Position numbers and translations under genes: made by a program. Below, piece by piece: positions 39,195 through 48,100 of a DNA stretch of 64,000 bases. The notes beneath the pieces were generated by a model that saw nothing but the letters and a program-made list of their open reading frames with translations, did not search any database and was not told the origin of the DNA. Source of the DNA: Bdellovibrionales bacterium (GTDB lineage: Bacteria > Bdellovibrionota > Bdellovibrionia > Bdellovibrionales > JAKFYE01); assembly GCA_021731045.1 (NCBI GenBank), contig JAKFYE010000021.1, forward strand, positions 31,577 through 95,576. The letters are read 5' to 3'. The number at the start of each line of letters is the position of its first letter. The stretch's first letter is position 1.

Positions 39195-39917
39195 GTGGAT
39201 GTTTTGCCCCAGCTCCAAGGAGTTTTGTCCCTTTTTAGAGTGGCAAGAATGACTTATTTATTTTACAACATCAAAGTGAATCAATCATCCGCGATAAAGA
39301 AAATTGAAAAATCAGGCATTCTGTTAGTCTTTCCTATTCATAATAAAAAAGAGCCAGACTCATTGTGGGCGCAATTTCATCCTCGAAAAAAAATGATATG
39401 GAAATGGGACGACGATGGAGACAATAAAGTCGGAAAAATGTGGATGTTAATGAAGCGTCTTTCTGATAGTCGCAAAGTTGTTTATTCAAAATGGTATCAA
39501 GGTCGCGCGACATTTTTTTCTCGCACCGTATTTACAGCTATGATGAGAATACTCAATGAGAAAATGAATACGACGGAGTTATCTAAAACAGAAAAATTAA
39601 TTTACGAAACTCTCGAGATGGATTCTCCTCTTTCTACTAAACAACTTAAAATTTTAACAGAGCTTCAAGGTAAATTTAACGAGCCTGTCTACACGAAAGC
39701 TCTAAAAACGCTTTTTTCAAGACTCTTGATCGTCGCTTATGGTGAAGTCGCCGACGGCGCGTTTCCCTCACTTGCATTGGGAGCGACCAAAAATCTCTAT
39801 GAAGAACTCTGGCAAGACGCACAAGACCTGAGTTTAGAAGAGGCCACAGAGATTCTAAATGCCTACCTTCCCCTTGGATCTTCCTTTCGAAAATTCTTCG
39901 ACAAGATAAAAAACTAA
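39195..39917 (+). CDS. Hypothetical winged-helix protein (AlkZ-related?); true start probably downstream
   Basis: G.LLVFP, SLW, VVYSKW..GRATF and IYE.L...PLST..LK motifs. Confidence 0.6.
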   Translation: MDVLPQLQGVLSLFRVARMTYLFYNIKVNQSSAIKKIEKSGILLVFPIHNKKEPDSLWAQFHPRKKMIWKWDDDGDNKVGKMWMLMKRLSDSRKVVYSKWYQGRATFFSRTVFTAMMRILNEKMNTTELSKTEKLIYETLEMDSPLSTKQLKILTELQGKFNEPVYTKALKTLFSRLLIVAYGEVADGAFPSLALGATKNLYEELWQDAQDLSLEEATEILNAYLPLGSSFRKFFDKIKN

Positions 39918-40197
39918 AACCATTTGCCACTATTGAAGCCAGACTTGCACTAAGGACTCGACAATTTCTTTTCGAATATCTCTTCTTCTTGTAATTGCTT
40001 TCGGCCGCAGGTTGTCTTCGGATTGCATGACTTGATCGAAAGCAATCAGAGATAGTCTTGCCGAGCATGCATAACGCAACCCGGATACACCCATGCACGA
40101 CGCAAACTACAAGAAGAAGAGATATTCGAAAAGAAATTGTCGAGTCCTTATCTCAATTATACATATTTCAATAGAGGCAAATGGTTTTAGTTTTTTA
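39907..40197. repeat. 291-bp nested inverted-repeat (fold-back / MITE-like) element
   Basis: Outer IR 39907-39937 / 40167-40197 matches 30/31; inner IR 39951-39993 / 40108-40150 matches 43/43; further hairpins in the core. Confidence 0.9.
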
Positions 40198-43100
40198 CTG
40201 TGTACGCGCGAACGCGGTTCATTCCGCCGTCGGGATAGACAGTGATTTTGATTTGGCTTATGTCTTCAGATGTTTCAATTGGAAATGCGATTGTGTTGCC
40301 GGCGTACATTTTTACCGGTGTTTTTTCTGTGAGGGGTATCCATTTCTCTTTTGATAAACCATGAATTCTCAGAGCCATAGGGTTGTTATTTATAAAGTAC
40401 ATGAAGTCGACTTCAATGCGATGAATACGTGAAGTCTTTGCAAGACCGATGATGACGTCTTCGTAATGTCCTTTGTCTCGGCTTCGTGCGGATTCAAATC
40501 CGTCGAACATGTTGAGCGGAGGAAATGGAGAAATAATTTGCGCGGCCGGGCCGTAGTGTTCGTTCGAGGCGCTGATGATTTTGCCCCCGAAAGCAAGACT
40601 CGCGACATCAACTTCTTGACCTTTAGTTATTGCATCCCAATTCTTTTTTATTCGCGCTTCAGATGTTTTGTATTTTGGAGTCAGGGGTTTCAATGCGTGG
40701 GGTACGGGTTCGGCAAAAGTATGACTTTGCGATTGCCCCAAAGGTAGGAACTTTTGTTTTTCGTTTTCTGGTAGATTTTTATAAAGTCCTAAACGCGTTA
40801 GACCACCATCGGGGAACATTGAAACTTTGATGCGTTGAAAAGTTATTTTGCTCTCAGAAAGTTTTATTAATCTTAAGGCGTGACCCTGCAAATCTGTTTT
40901 AACTAGAATTTTTTGCCATTGATTAGACTTGGCATCAAAGCCTTCTATTTGCACGTCTTGCGGATGGTTTCCGTTATGATATTTGGTTGAAAGAGAAACG
41001 TAGTGAATCTCAGAAGGATTTCTTAACTCAAAAATCAATTCGTCGCACGCATTTGGATTGTGCCTTACGCTTTCCCAGCTATCCATGATCTTACCTTGTC
41101 GTCCGTAAAGTTCAGGATCAAACACGGGAAGATAGGCCGACAGAAGATTTTCTGCCCGGGCAAATCGCTGATTGCTGACGTCAATAATTTTGCTGCCGAT
41201 ACATAAGTTGTATGAAGCGAGAGGATCCAGAGGACCTTTTATAATAATCTCCTCTGGTAAATCAGGTTCGAAGGCATCAAATATGAGATTTTTATAACCG
41301 AGGTTGACCACTTCTTGTTGTGGGATTTTTGAAAAATCAAAATGTGTCTTAAATAAGTTAGTGTTAAGGCCTTGTAACTTTAATTCTTCTAAAAGAATTT
41401 GAGCAACTTCAGCGTTAAAGAGCACTCCGTTTGTATCGGCATTACAAAGAATAACAAATCCTTTATCTTTATCAGGACCATCAAAACAATGCACAAACAG
41501 ACATCGAAAACCATCATTTGCACCTTGATGTATCGCAAGACGATTAGGTCCGGCTTCCGCAATAAAAATACCTAAGCCCATTTTGGCACCCATAAATTTC
41601 AAACTAGATTTATCAGTTCCAAAAAGCATGTGTGTGGCGGTGTCGTGCGATATCGGACCTGCGCCTTTGATAGAGTGATACGCCTGGGTTAAGGCTGAGA
41701 GAAATTGCGAAACATCGTGAGCTGTTCCCATTGCGCCGGCAGCAAAGGCTGGAAACATTTTGCGTCCACTTTCGACCTCATTTCCATTTGCTAAATAACC
41801 ATTCGCATACGAGATATCCGGCAATGTTTTTTGCTCAAAACTTAAATTCTTTAAACCAAGTTGATCAAAAAAAAGTTTTGTTAGCTCTTGGATAGATTTC
41901 TTTTCAAGACTTTCGATCAAATGTTCTAATACAAGAAATCCCGCTCCTGAATATTGAAAAACTGTTCCGGGAGAATTGATAACATCTATGGGTTGATACC
42001 CATACGTGGAATTGCCGTTTAAAAAATCTTTCACATTTGGCATGGTCGTAGACGACGGCACCCCGTTTACATAATGCAGATTTAAAGCCGAATGACTCAT
42101 CAAATGTTCCAAAGACACGTGTTCTGCCCAATCAGAAGAAACTGAAGATTTAAGTCGAAAGGGTGAAGATGTTTTTGCAAAGAGGGCGTTTACCGAGGTT
42201 TGAAGTGAGATGTCCTTTTTGCGAAAATATTCGATCGCAAAACAACTTGCGAGAGTTTTGCTTAAAGACGCAATTTCAAACCATGTGTTTTTCGTAACTC
42301 GTGAAGTCGATTTAACGCGTTCACCAAAGCATAAGGTTTGAGGTAGAAAATTTTGTGATGTGACACTGACCATGGCGCCTAAAACTTTATGTTTTTCTAA
42401 GACCTGCGCTATTCGGGCGTACGTGCTTTCTGCGACTTGGAGTCTCTTGAGACTGATCTCCCAAAGCGCGATGCGTGCGTTTTCGAGTTCTTGTTGGGCC
42501 GAGTTCTCTAGTCGTAATTTCAATGCAGAGAGAATCTCTTTTCCTGATTTATTTTGGGCCGATATTAAAAACTTAACTCCGAATTTCTTAATATATTGGG
42601 CCCCAAATTCTTTTAATTCTTTTTTTGTACTCTCATCCTCGTTAAAGACGAGCGCCTGTTCTCTGGAGGCTTGTTCATCTAGAGTTTTTTTGGTTTCTCC
42701 AATATCGCCGTGAAAATAAGCAGCCTGCTTTACATTTGTAAGATCAAATTGCTTCACGATATTTTCTGCCGCTTCCAAATCTAATATTTGACCTTCGGCA
42801 ACTCGCTTTGCAAACTGGATGCTTCCACATATTGAAAAATAATAGTCAAAACGTTCAATATAAGGTTCAAGCGAGTATTTTTCTGGATCAACTTTTTTAA
42901 TTTCATCCCAAGGTTGAGATGAGTTGCGAATAGAATCAATCGTAAATGGCAGTAGTAACTCCGTTGCAAATTCAACGGGCTTTCGACTTGTCATAAGTTG
43001 AATCATGATTTGCATGGCGACCGGATACCATTTAGCAGTTCTCTCGTCCCATTTCACTTGGACTATTTTTTTTGTATTTGAAAGGTCTTTGCGAATAAAA

Positions 43101-44896
43101 AGTAATTCTTCGTGTGCAATTTTTAGAAATTCCTCGACGCTGAACCGTCCATGATGAATTTCGTGCCACACTTCCCAACGTGATCTTTCGGCGGTTGCGA
43201 GATCATCCATAACACGAACCGGGATATCGCCAATTTGTGCCGGAAGCGCCACACAGCCATTTCCGGATAGCCAATCTGTTAAATACTGTAGAGATTGAAA
43301 AACATTATAACGAATTTCTTCTGGGTCATTGTTCGCGATAAAGTCTGATTCTTTGATGTCGGCAACGATAAGTGTTCGTGGGTACAGAGAATTTTCAACA
43401 TCTAACTTCACGAGATCTGGGTCTTCAATAAATTTTAAAATTTCTTGGTGGTGTTGTGGTTCTAATAATGTCGTCACGAGGGTATGCAATTTAGATTTAT
43501 CGCCGCCCTGATAGAACTTCCAACTTTCGATTAAAGCTAAACCAATACGTATAAAATCTGGATGCGCGACCCAAAATCCCGAGAGATCGCGTTTGAGCTG
43601 CGTGACGACATCTTTAATAAAACCTTTAATAGTCACTTGAAATGAAGGTGTAAACAAATCGGTATCAATGGGTAGAATACCGTACATGCCACCAATTTTA
43701 ATTCCGCCTCGAGAACCTACAACCTCTGATAAAACAAGATGCGAGGCTTTAATATATTTAATTACGATGTTAGGATCTGCTTTAACCGGAATGCGGTAAT
43801 TTGCATCTTCTTTAAACACCCGTGCAGTTGAAGCCAAATAGTCGTGCCATCCCAAAGAGGCACCCGCAAAATAAGGATAGAGCGCATCCATAATTTCATT
43901 TACGCGAAAAATAGCCCGCGGATTTTCTAAAACTATAAATAGGCGTATAGAACCAACATGGTATTCTGGGTGCCATTGATGAATCATTTTTTCAGCGGTT
44001 TCCATCATTAAATGAATGTACTGTGCCTCTTCTTCTGTTTCGAGTTTTGGTACATAAAATGATAGCGCCTCAGGGTTATGCCAGTTTTCAAAAAGATGAA
44101 GAGCAAAATCGTATAGATGCAACGGTAGAGGATTGTCTCTGTAGAGTAAAAACAAACACGGTAAAGCGAGACCCGGAAATCGTTTAATAGGGAGCGCGAG
44201 TTTTTCTTTTTCGAGGCGATATTCTTTTTTTGTTTTAGGATCTGTAAACGCGAGTGTACCCGCAAAGCAACCAGTAAGATTTTCTCCCGCAGAAATTAAA
44301 TCTTTTCTCAAAGGTGTTTTAGAATCTTCGTCATCGGCTCCCCATTTAGGAGTACTTTCATGTGTAGCTAAAAGCTCCGCAACGATGGGGGGTTCATCTT
44401 TAAGCTTTCGATAAAAAGCATTCATAGCATTGATTGAAAGTTTTGGATCATCGGGCGGACCAAATAGCGTCACGTGATGCCCCTGTAAATACTTTGGAAT
44501 ATCCGCAACGTTTGCGCGCCCGCTATTCTTACAATAAAAGCGATTTTTGGGACCCATAACGATACGGCCATGAGCATCTTCATGCCCAATAATAGTTTCG
44601 TAATTTGAATCTAAAAAATCAGTTTTTAATGAAGAATTGAGTTCATAACAAGCGCGGGTTCGTTGATCAATAAACTGTCGGTCTATAACTCTTTGGTTCA
44701 GAACTTTATTAAGAGAGTCTTTAAGCGCATCATAAAGTGTGCAGAGAAATTGTAAAGCCTCTTGTGATTCAAGGCCCCCTCGGTCTCCAATTTCCTGAAG
44801 ACCCTTGATTCCTTTAACGGGTCGACTTTGAATTTGCAGATAAGCCAAAAACTCTTGAGATACGTAGTCTTCATAATAGGGAATCTCACGCGCCAT
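40187..44896 (-). CDS. Four-domain fusion: malate synthase + OHCU decarboxylase + beta-lactamase-family serine hydrolase + allantoicase
   Basis: Malate synthase: DDED, YVPKLE, GWHDY, GFWVAHP, GNGCVAL..MDDLATAERSR. UraD: HGDIG..SREQ..KFG..F..RLEN. Hydrolase: ASLSK, YSG, HQG. Allantoicase repeats: MDSWESVR..PDGG and MFDGFESAR..PDGG. Confidence 0.88.
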   Translation of the reverse strand: MAREIPYYEDYVSQEFLAYLQIQSRPVKGIKGLQEIGDRGGLESQEALQFLCTLYDALKDSLNKVLNQRVIDRQFIDQRTRACYELNSSLKTDFLDSNYETIIGHEDAHGRIVMGPKNRFYCKNSGRANVADIPKYLQGHHVTLFGPPDDPKLSINAMNAFYRKLKDEPPIVAELLATHESTPKWGADDEDSKTPLRKDLISAGENLTGCFAGTLAFTDPKTKKEYRLEKEKLALPIKRFPGLALPCLFLLYRDNPLPLHLYDFALHLFENWHNPEALSFYVPKLETEEEAQYIHLMMETAEKMIHQWHPEYHVGSIRLFIVLENPRAIFRVNEIMDALYPYFAGASLGWHDYLASTARVFKEDANYRIPVKADPNIVIKYIKASHLVLSEVVGSRGGIKIGGMYGILPIDTDLFTPSFQVTIKGFIKDVVTQLKRDLSGFWVAHPDFIRIGLALIESWKFYQGGDKSKLHTLVTTLLEPQHHQEILKFIEDPDLVKLDVENSLYPRTLIVADIKESDFIANNDPEEIRYNVFQSLQYLTDWLSGNGCVALPAQIGDIPVRVMDDLATAERSRWEVWHEIHHGRFSVEEFLKIAHEELLFIRKDLSNTKKIVQVKWDERTAKWYPVAMQIMIQLMTSRKPVEFATELLLPFTIDSIRNSSQPWDEIKKVDPEKYSLEPYIERFDYYFSICGSIQFAKRVAEGQILDLEAAENIVKQFDLTNVKQAAYFHGDIGETKKTLDEQASREQALVFNEDESTKKELKEFGAQYIKKFGVKFLISAQNKSGKEILSALKLRLENSAQQELENARIALWEISLKRLQVAESTYARIAQVLEKHKVLGAMVSVTSQNFLPQTLCFGERVKSTSRVTKNTWFEIASLSKTLASCFAIEYFRKKDISLQTSVNALFAKTSSPFRLKSSVSSDWAEHVSLEHLMSHSALNLHYVNGVPSSTTMPNVKDFLNGNSTYGYQPIDVINSPGTVFQYSGAGFLVLEHLIESLEKKSIQELTKLFFDQLGLKNLSFEQKTLPDISYANGYLANGNEVESGRKMFPAFAAGAMGTAHDVSQFLSALTQAYHSIKGAGPISHDTATHMLFGTDKSSLKFMGAKMGLGIFIAEAGPNRLAIHQGANDGFRCLFVHCFDGPDKDKGFVILCNADTNGVLFNAEVAQILLEELKLQGLNTNLFKTHFDFSKIPQQEVVNLGYKNLIFDAFEPDLPEEIIIKGPLDPLASYNLCIGSKIIDVSNQRFARAENLLSAYLPVFDPELYGRQGKIMDSWESVRHNPNACDELIFELRNPSEIHYVSLSTKYHNGNHPQDVQIEGFDAKSNQWQKILVKTDLQGHALRLIKLSESKITFQRIKVSMFPDGGLTRLGLYKNLPENEKQKFLPLGQSQSHTFAEPVPHALKPLTPKYKTSEARIKKNWDAITKGQEVDVASLAFGGKIISASNEHYGPAAQIISPFPPLNMFDGFESARSRDKGHYEDVIIGLAKTSRIHRIEVDFMYFINNNPMALRIHGLSKEKWIPLTEKTPVKMYAGNTIAFPIETSEDISQIKITVYPDGGMNRVRAYTVKN

Positions 44897-44903
44897 TTAT
44901 ATT

Positions 44904-45227
44904 TTAACTGCCCCTATACGTAGAGTATCCAAAAGGATTCAATAAGAGCGGGACATGATACTTTCTTTGCGTGTCTTCAATTTTAAAGACAACCGGTGTG
45001 TTTAAAAAAAAGAATGGTTGTCCTGATTTTATAAGATAGTCTTCGATTTCAAATATGATTTGGTATGTTCCGACGGTTTTGTCGCAATCAAAAACAAACC
45101 GCCCATCCGAGTTTGTAACTCCGACACTAATATCTTTCCAATCCGCACCACTTTTTCTTTGTAACTTTACAGAAATATCCGCGGCCGGAGACCCTTTGCA
45201 GGTATCAAGAATATGTGTGCTGATCAT
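44904..45227 (-). CDS. uraH: 5-hydroxyisourate hydrolase (transthyretin-like)
   Basis: ISTHILD..G.PA, TN.DGR and YHVPLLL.PFGYSTYRGS motifs. Confidence 0.95.
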   Translation of the reverse strand: MISTHILDTCKGSPAADISVKLQRKSGADWKDISVGVTNSDGRFVFDCDKTVGTYQIIFEIEDYLIKSGQPFFFLNTPVVFKIEDTQRKYHVPLLLNPFGYSTYRGS

Positions 45228-45243
45228 ACAAACTCCTCTGTAA

Positions 45244-46833
45244 CTATTTTTTAAAAGTAAATTCTAGCTCCATATTTTCTTTTATAGAGACTTCTCGCGT
45301 TTGGACGCCAAAAACTTCGTGCCAGACCTCAAGTGTATAATCTCCCAGTGGAAGATTATGTATGAGAAATTCGCCACTTTCATTTGTGATGCTAAAAAAC
45401 GGGTGGTCCATAATGGCCAAAAATGCAGTCATCCACGGATGAACACTACACTTAGTCTGCAAAAAAACTTCGGGTTTATTAAAAATTTTAACGATACGGT
45501 CATTTTTATTTGGTGTGATATCGTTAAAGCTTTCGTTGTTTTTTGTAATGGTACGGACATTATGAAGAACAGGATCGCTATTTAGGAATTCTACTTTTTG
45601 TCCGACTCTTGCCACAACTACGCGCGGTTCGTACATGCAGTTACGTTGATCCAAAACAACAGATTCAGAGGGGATCGTGGTAAAGCTTTTGCCTTCAAGG
45701 CCTTTAATAATGCGCACTAAAACATTTTTGAGTCTTCCATTCGATACTATGACTTCGTTTGAATACATATCCTCTTTAGAACTGCACCCCGGAGGGAGCT
45801 GCAGTTTCTCTCCACGAGGCACTACTCCTTCAAATTTAATAATACCTTTGATATCAGCCATAGGCCCATAAGAGGTTTCATTTACAGAAGTCACGGGTAT
45901 AGGTTCGACAGCAAGAGACGACGACACATTTTCACGCGTAGAGAAAATCACAATCAAGATAATAGCCCCTCCGAGAGCCGCAAAAACTTTCGCTCGTGGA
46001 GGATTCTGTAAACGAATCACAAAATAGTGCCGGATGGCTGCGCCAGCGGCGCTGATACCAAGAAGAATAATCCAGTTCCACTGATTGCCATAAGTGGACG
46101 GAAAGTGATTGCTGAGCATAATAAAAATAACTGGCAACGTAAAATATGTGTTGTGGGTAGATCTATTTTTTGCGTTTTTACCCCAATCTTCGTTGACCGG
46201 CTCTCCCTTTTTAGAAGCCTCAACCATCTTGAGCTGACGGGGGATAATTCTTAAAAAAACATTGGCCGTCATCCATGTTCCCAGCATTCCGCCGATATGA
46301 ATGTAGGCTGCACGGCCGCTCAGAGTATGACAAAGAAAGTAGGACATCCCAGCTAGCCAGAGGAGTGTCAGAGCATGCCCTACAAGAGGTTGGCTTTTAG
46401 TTAATTTGTGCTCCCACAGAAAGTCATAAAAGAGCCATGAAATGATCATTGAAGACAGAGCAATCGCGAGCGCTTGCCAATATGTGATATGCGAAACAGA
46501 CGAATCCAATAAAAAGGTCCCGTTACCCGTATAAAAAATAAGAATCGCGAGAAAAAATCCGCTCATCCAAGTCCAGTAGGACTCCCATTTGAACCAATGA
46601 AGATGTTCTGGAACCTTGGTTGGACCCATTAATAACTTTTCGACGAGATAAAATCCGCCCCCGTGAACCATCCAAAGCTCACCAACATGTCCTTCTTTTT
46701 TTGAATCTTTGTTGAATTCAAGTGTGCGATCTAACCACATGAAAAAAATTGAAGTTCCGATCCATGTCATAGCCACGGTAATGTGGATCCAGCGGCCTAA
46801 CAGTAATACCCACTCTAATATTTCTTGATTCAC
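45244..46833 (-). CDS. puuD: PuuD-family membrane urate hydroxylase fused to a C-terminal cupredoxin-like domain
   Basis: RWIH...WIG.S, WMVHGGGFY, LHWFKWE..TW.SG, ANVF..IIP.Q and RS.HNTYFTLPV.F.M.SNH motifs. No CxxCH; instead NSD..LHNV..CSVHPWM. Confidence 0.88.
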   Translation of the reverse strand: MNQEILEWVLLLGRWIHITVAMTWIGTSIFFMWLDRTLEFNKDSKKEGHVGELWMVHGGGFYLVEKLLMGPTKVPEHLHWFKWESYWTWMSGFFLAILIFYTGNGTFLLDSSVSHITYWQALAIALSSMIISWLFYDFLWEHKLTKSQPLVGHALTLLWLAGMSYFLCHTLSGRAAYIHIGGMLGTWMTANVFLRIIPRQLKMVEASKKGEPVNEDWGKNAKNRSTHNTYFTLPVIFIMLSNHFPSTYGNQWNWIILLGISAAGAAIRHYFVIRLQNPPRAKVFAALGGAIILIVIFSTRENVSSSLAVEPIPVTSVNETSYGPMADIKGIIKFEGVVPRGEKLQLPPGCSSKEDMYSNEVIVSNGRLKNVLVRIIKGLEGKSFTTIPSESVVLDQRNCMYEPRVVVARVGQKVEFLNSDPVLHNVRTITKNNESFNDITPNKNDRIVKIFNKPEVFLQTKCSVHPWMTAFLAIMDHPFFSITNESGEFLIHNLPLGDYTLEVWHEVFGVQTREVSIKENMELEFTFKK

Positions 46834-46929
46834 AAGGTCCTCACTAGAAAAAAAGAATATTGAATTTACGTTAAAGGTACCAGGTTCTTTTTGATAGAAG
46901 CACTGCGAAAGGCGTGTTATGTCGTGTCT

Positions 46930-47436
46930 ATGGTTGTATCTACTGAAACGAAAGAATGTTTTATCTGCCGCAAATCGAAGAGTCCATTCAAATGTGGGCT
47001 TTGTGAGAGCGCTCTTTGTAAAAGCTGTTCTCAGTTTTTAAATCACGATGAACTTTCATTTCTAACAGAAATTCCTAAAGATCTTTCGCACGACGTGTAT
47101 TGCGGACCTTGTTTTGATCAAAAAGTTTTTCCTCAAGTGGAGGCTTACAATCAGACCATGGAGAGTGCCAAAAATGTTTTTGTTTACTATAAAGCGCAGT
47201 CTAAAGAAACCCGCCTTATGAAACGCTCGGAATCTCCCTTGCAAGTCAATGCCTGTGCCGATCGTGATGAAACGGTATTAAGGTTAGCTTTCTTGGCTGT
47301 TAAACTAGGTTTTAATGCCATTATAGATGTAGATCTGGTTTCCAAAAAAGTAAGAGACGGTTCTTATAAAATCTTAACATGGAATGGCACTGCCGTTCCT
47401 GCCATCGTTGACGCCGAAAAACTAAATCGTCAGTAA
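46930..47436 (+). CDS. Zn-finger + YbjQ-like domain protein
   Basis: Four CxxC pairs; C-terminus L..LA..LGFNAIIDV...W.GTAV resembles YbjQ/UPF0145. Confidence 0.6.
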   Translation: MVVSTETKECFICRKSKSPFKCGLCESALCKSCSQFLNHDELSFLTEIPKDLSHDVYCGPCFDQKVFPQVEAYNQTMESAKNVFVYYKAQSKETRLMKRSESPLQVNACADRDETVLRLAFLAVKLGFNAIIDVDLVSKKVRDGSYKILTWNGTAVPAIVDAEKLNRQ

Positions 47437-47512
47437 CTAAAATTATTTTCTATATATTGGGGTTTATCAGCCAGTTGCAGTGGCGAGTATTTATGAGACC
47501 GGCTCTAGTCTC

Positions 47513-48100
47513 TCAAAGCGGCATTCCGTTTTGCTCTTCAGGCAAAGGTAAGTCAGAATTAACCATAGGATTAGAAACAGGATCTTTTTTTAGAATTACA
47601 GTTTTTTGTGTATGGCCACGTACCAACATTACAAATAAAACGAACGAAACTAAAAGAAAAATGTAAACACCCACTAGCGACCAGGCAAGGCTAAACTCCG
47701 CAGCTCCGCAAGCCAACCCACCTAAAATCGCAAATGCTAAAGAAGAGTTTAAACTTTTTTGATCTAATTTAATTCTAAAGCGCACGATTGCAATCGCAGC
47801 AATGATTCCAAAAGCACGAACGACGTTGTTGCTGATCAAAAGCATTAACCCTGTAAGACCAACACTCAAAAATAGAAGATTTGCCGCGCCAAAAACCATT
47901 TCGACATCAGGGCCTGAGGCTTGTTCTTCAGACGTATATAAGTTGTAAAGTTTTTTTGAGGCGAAGTAAGTTGCGAATGCGACGACAACTCCGGTTCCTA
48001 CCGAATGAGACATAGCTAATAAAATTTCAGTAGCTTTAAGCCCTTCCTCCGGATTTGGAGTTTGAGCCATAAATGCCGACATCAAAGCATTCGCGCTCAT
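47513..48100 (-). CDS. DUF4956-family membrane protein
   Basis: ISNNVVRAFGI.AA.AIVRFR and GLACG motifs; coupled to the VTC gene. Confidence 0.8.
   Translation of the reverse strand: MSANALMSAFMAQTPNPEEGLKATEILLAMSHSVGTGVVVAFATYFASKKLYNLYTSEEQASGPDVEMVFGAANLLFLSVGLTGLMLLISNNVVRAFGIIAAIAIVRFRIKLDQKSLNSSLAFAILGGLACGAAEFSLAWSLVGVYIFLLVSFVLFVMLVRGHTQKTVILKKDPVSNPMVNSDLPLPEEQNGMPL

Noticed and set aside
39676-40098. 140-aa minus-strand ORF starting inside the inverted-repeat element
   Set aside because: It is antisense to a real gene, has no RBS, and shows no transposase or other motif.
39907-40197. The IR element as a CRISPR array, integron attC site, retron msr-msd or 6S RNA
   Set aside because: There are no direct repeats or spacers, no GTTRRRY/RYYYAAC ends, and no cas, intI or RT gene in the window. 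The stems are longer and more perfect than typical 6S RNA.
41380-42440. Beta-lactamase domain as an antibiotic-resistance gene
   Set aside because: It is embedded in a cytoplasmic metabolic fusion with no signal peptide, and this fold is mostly esterases and amidases.
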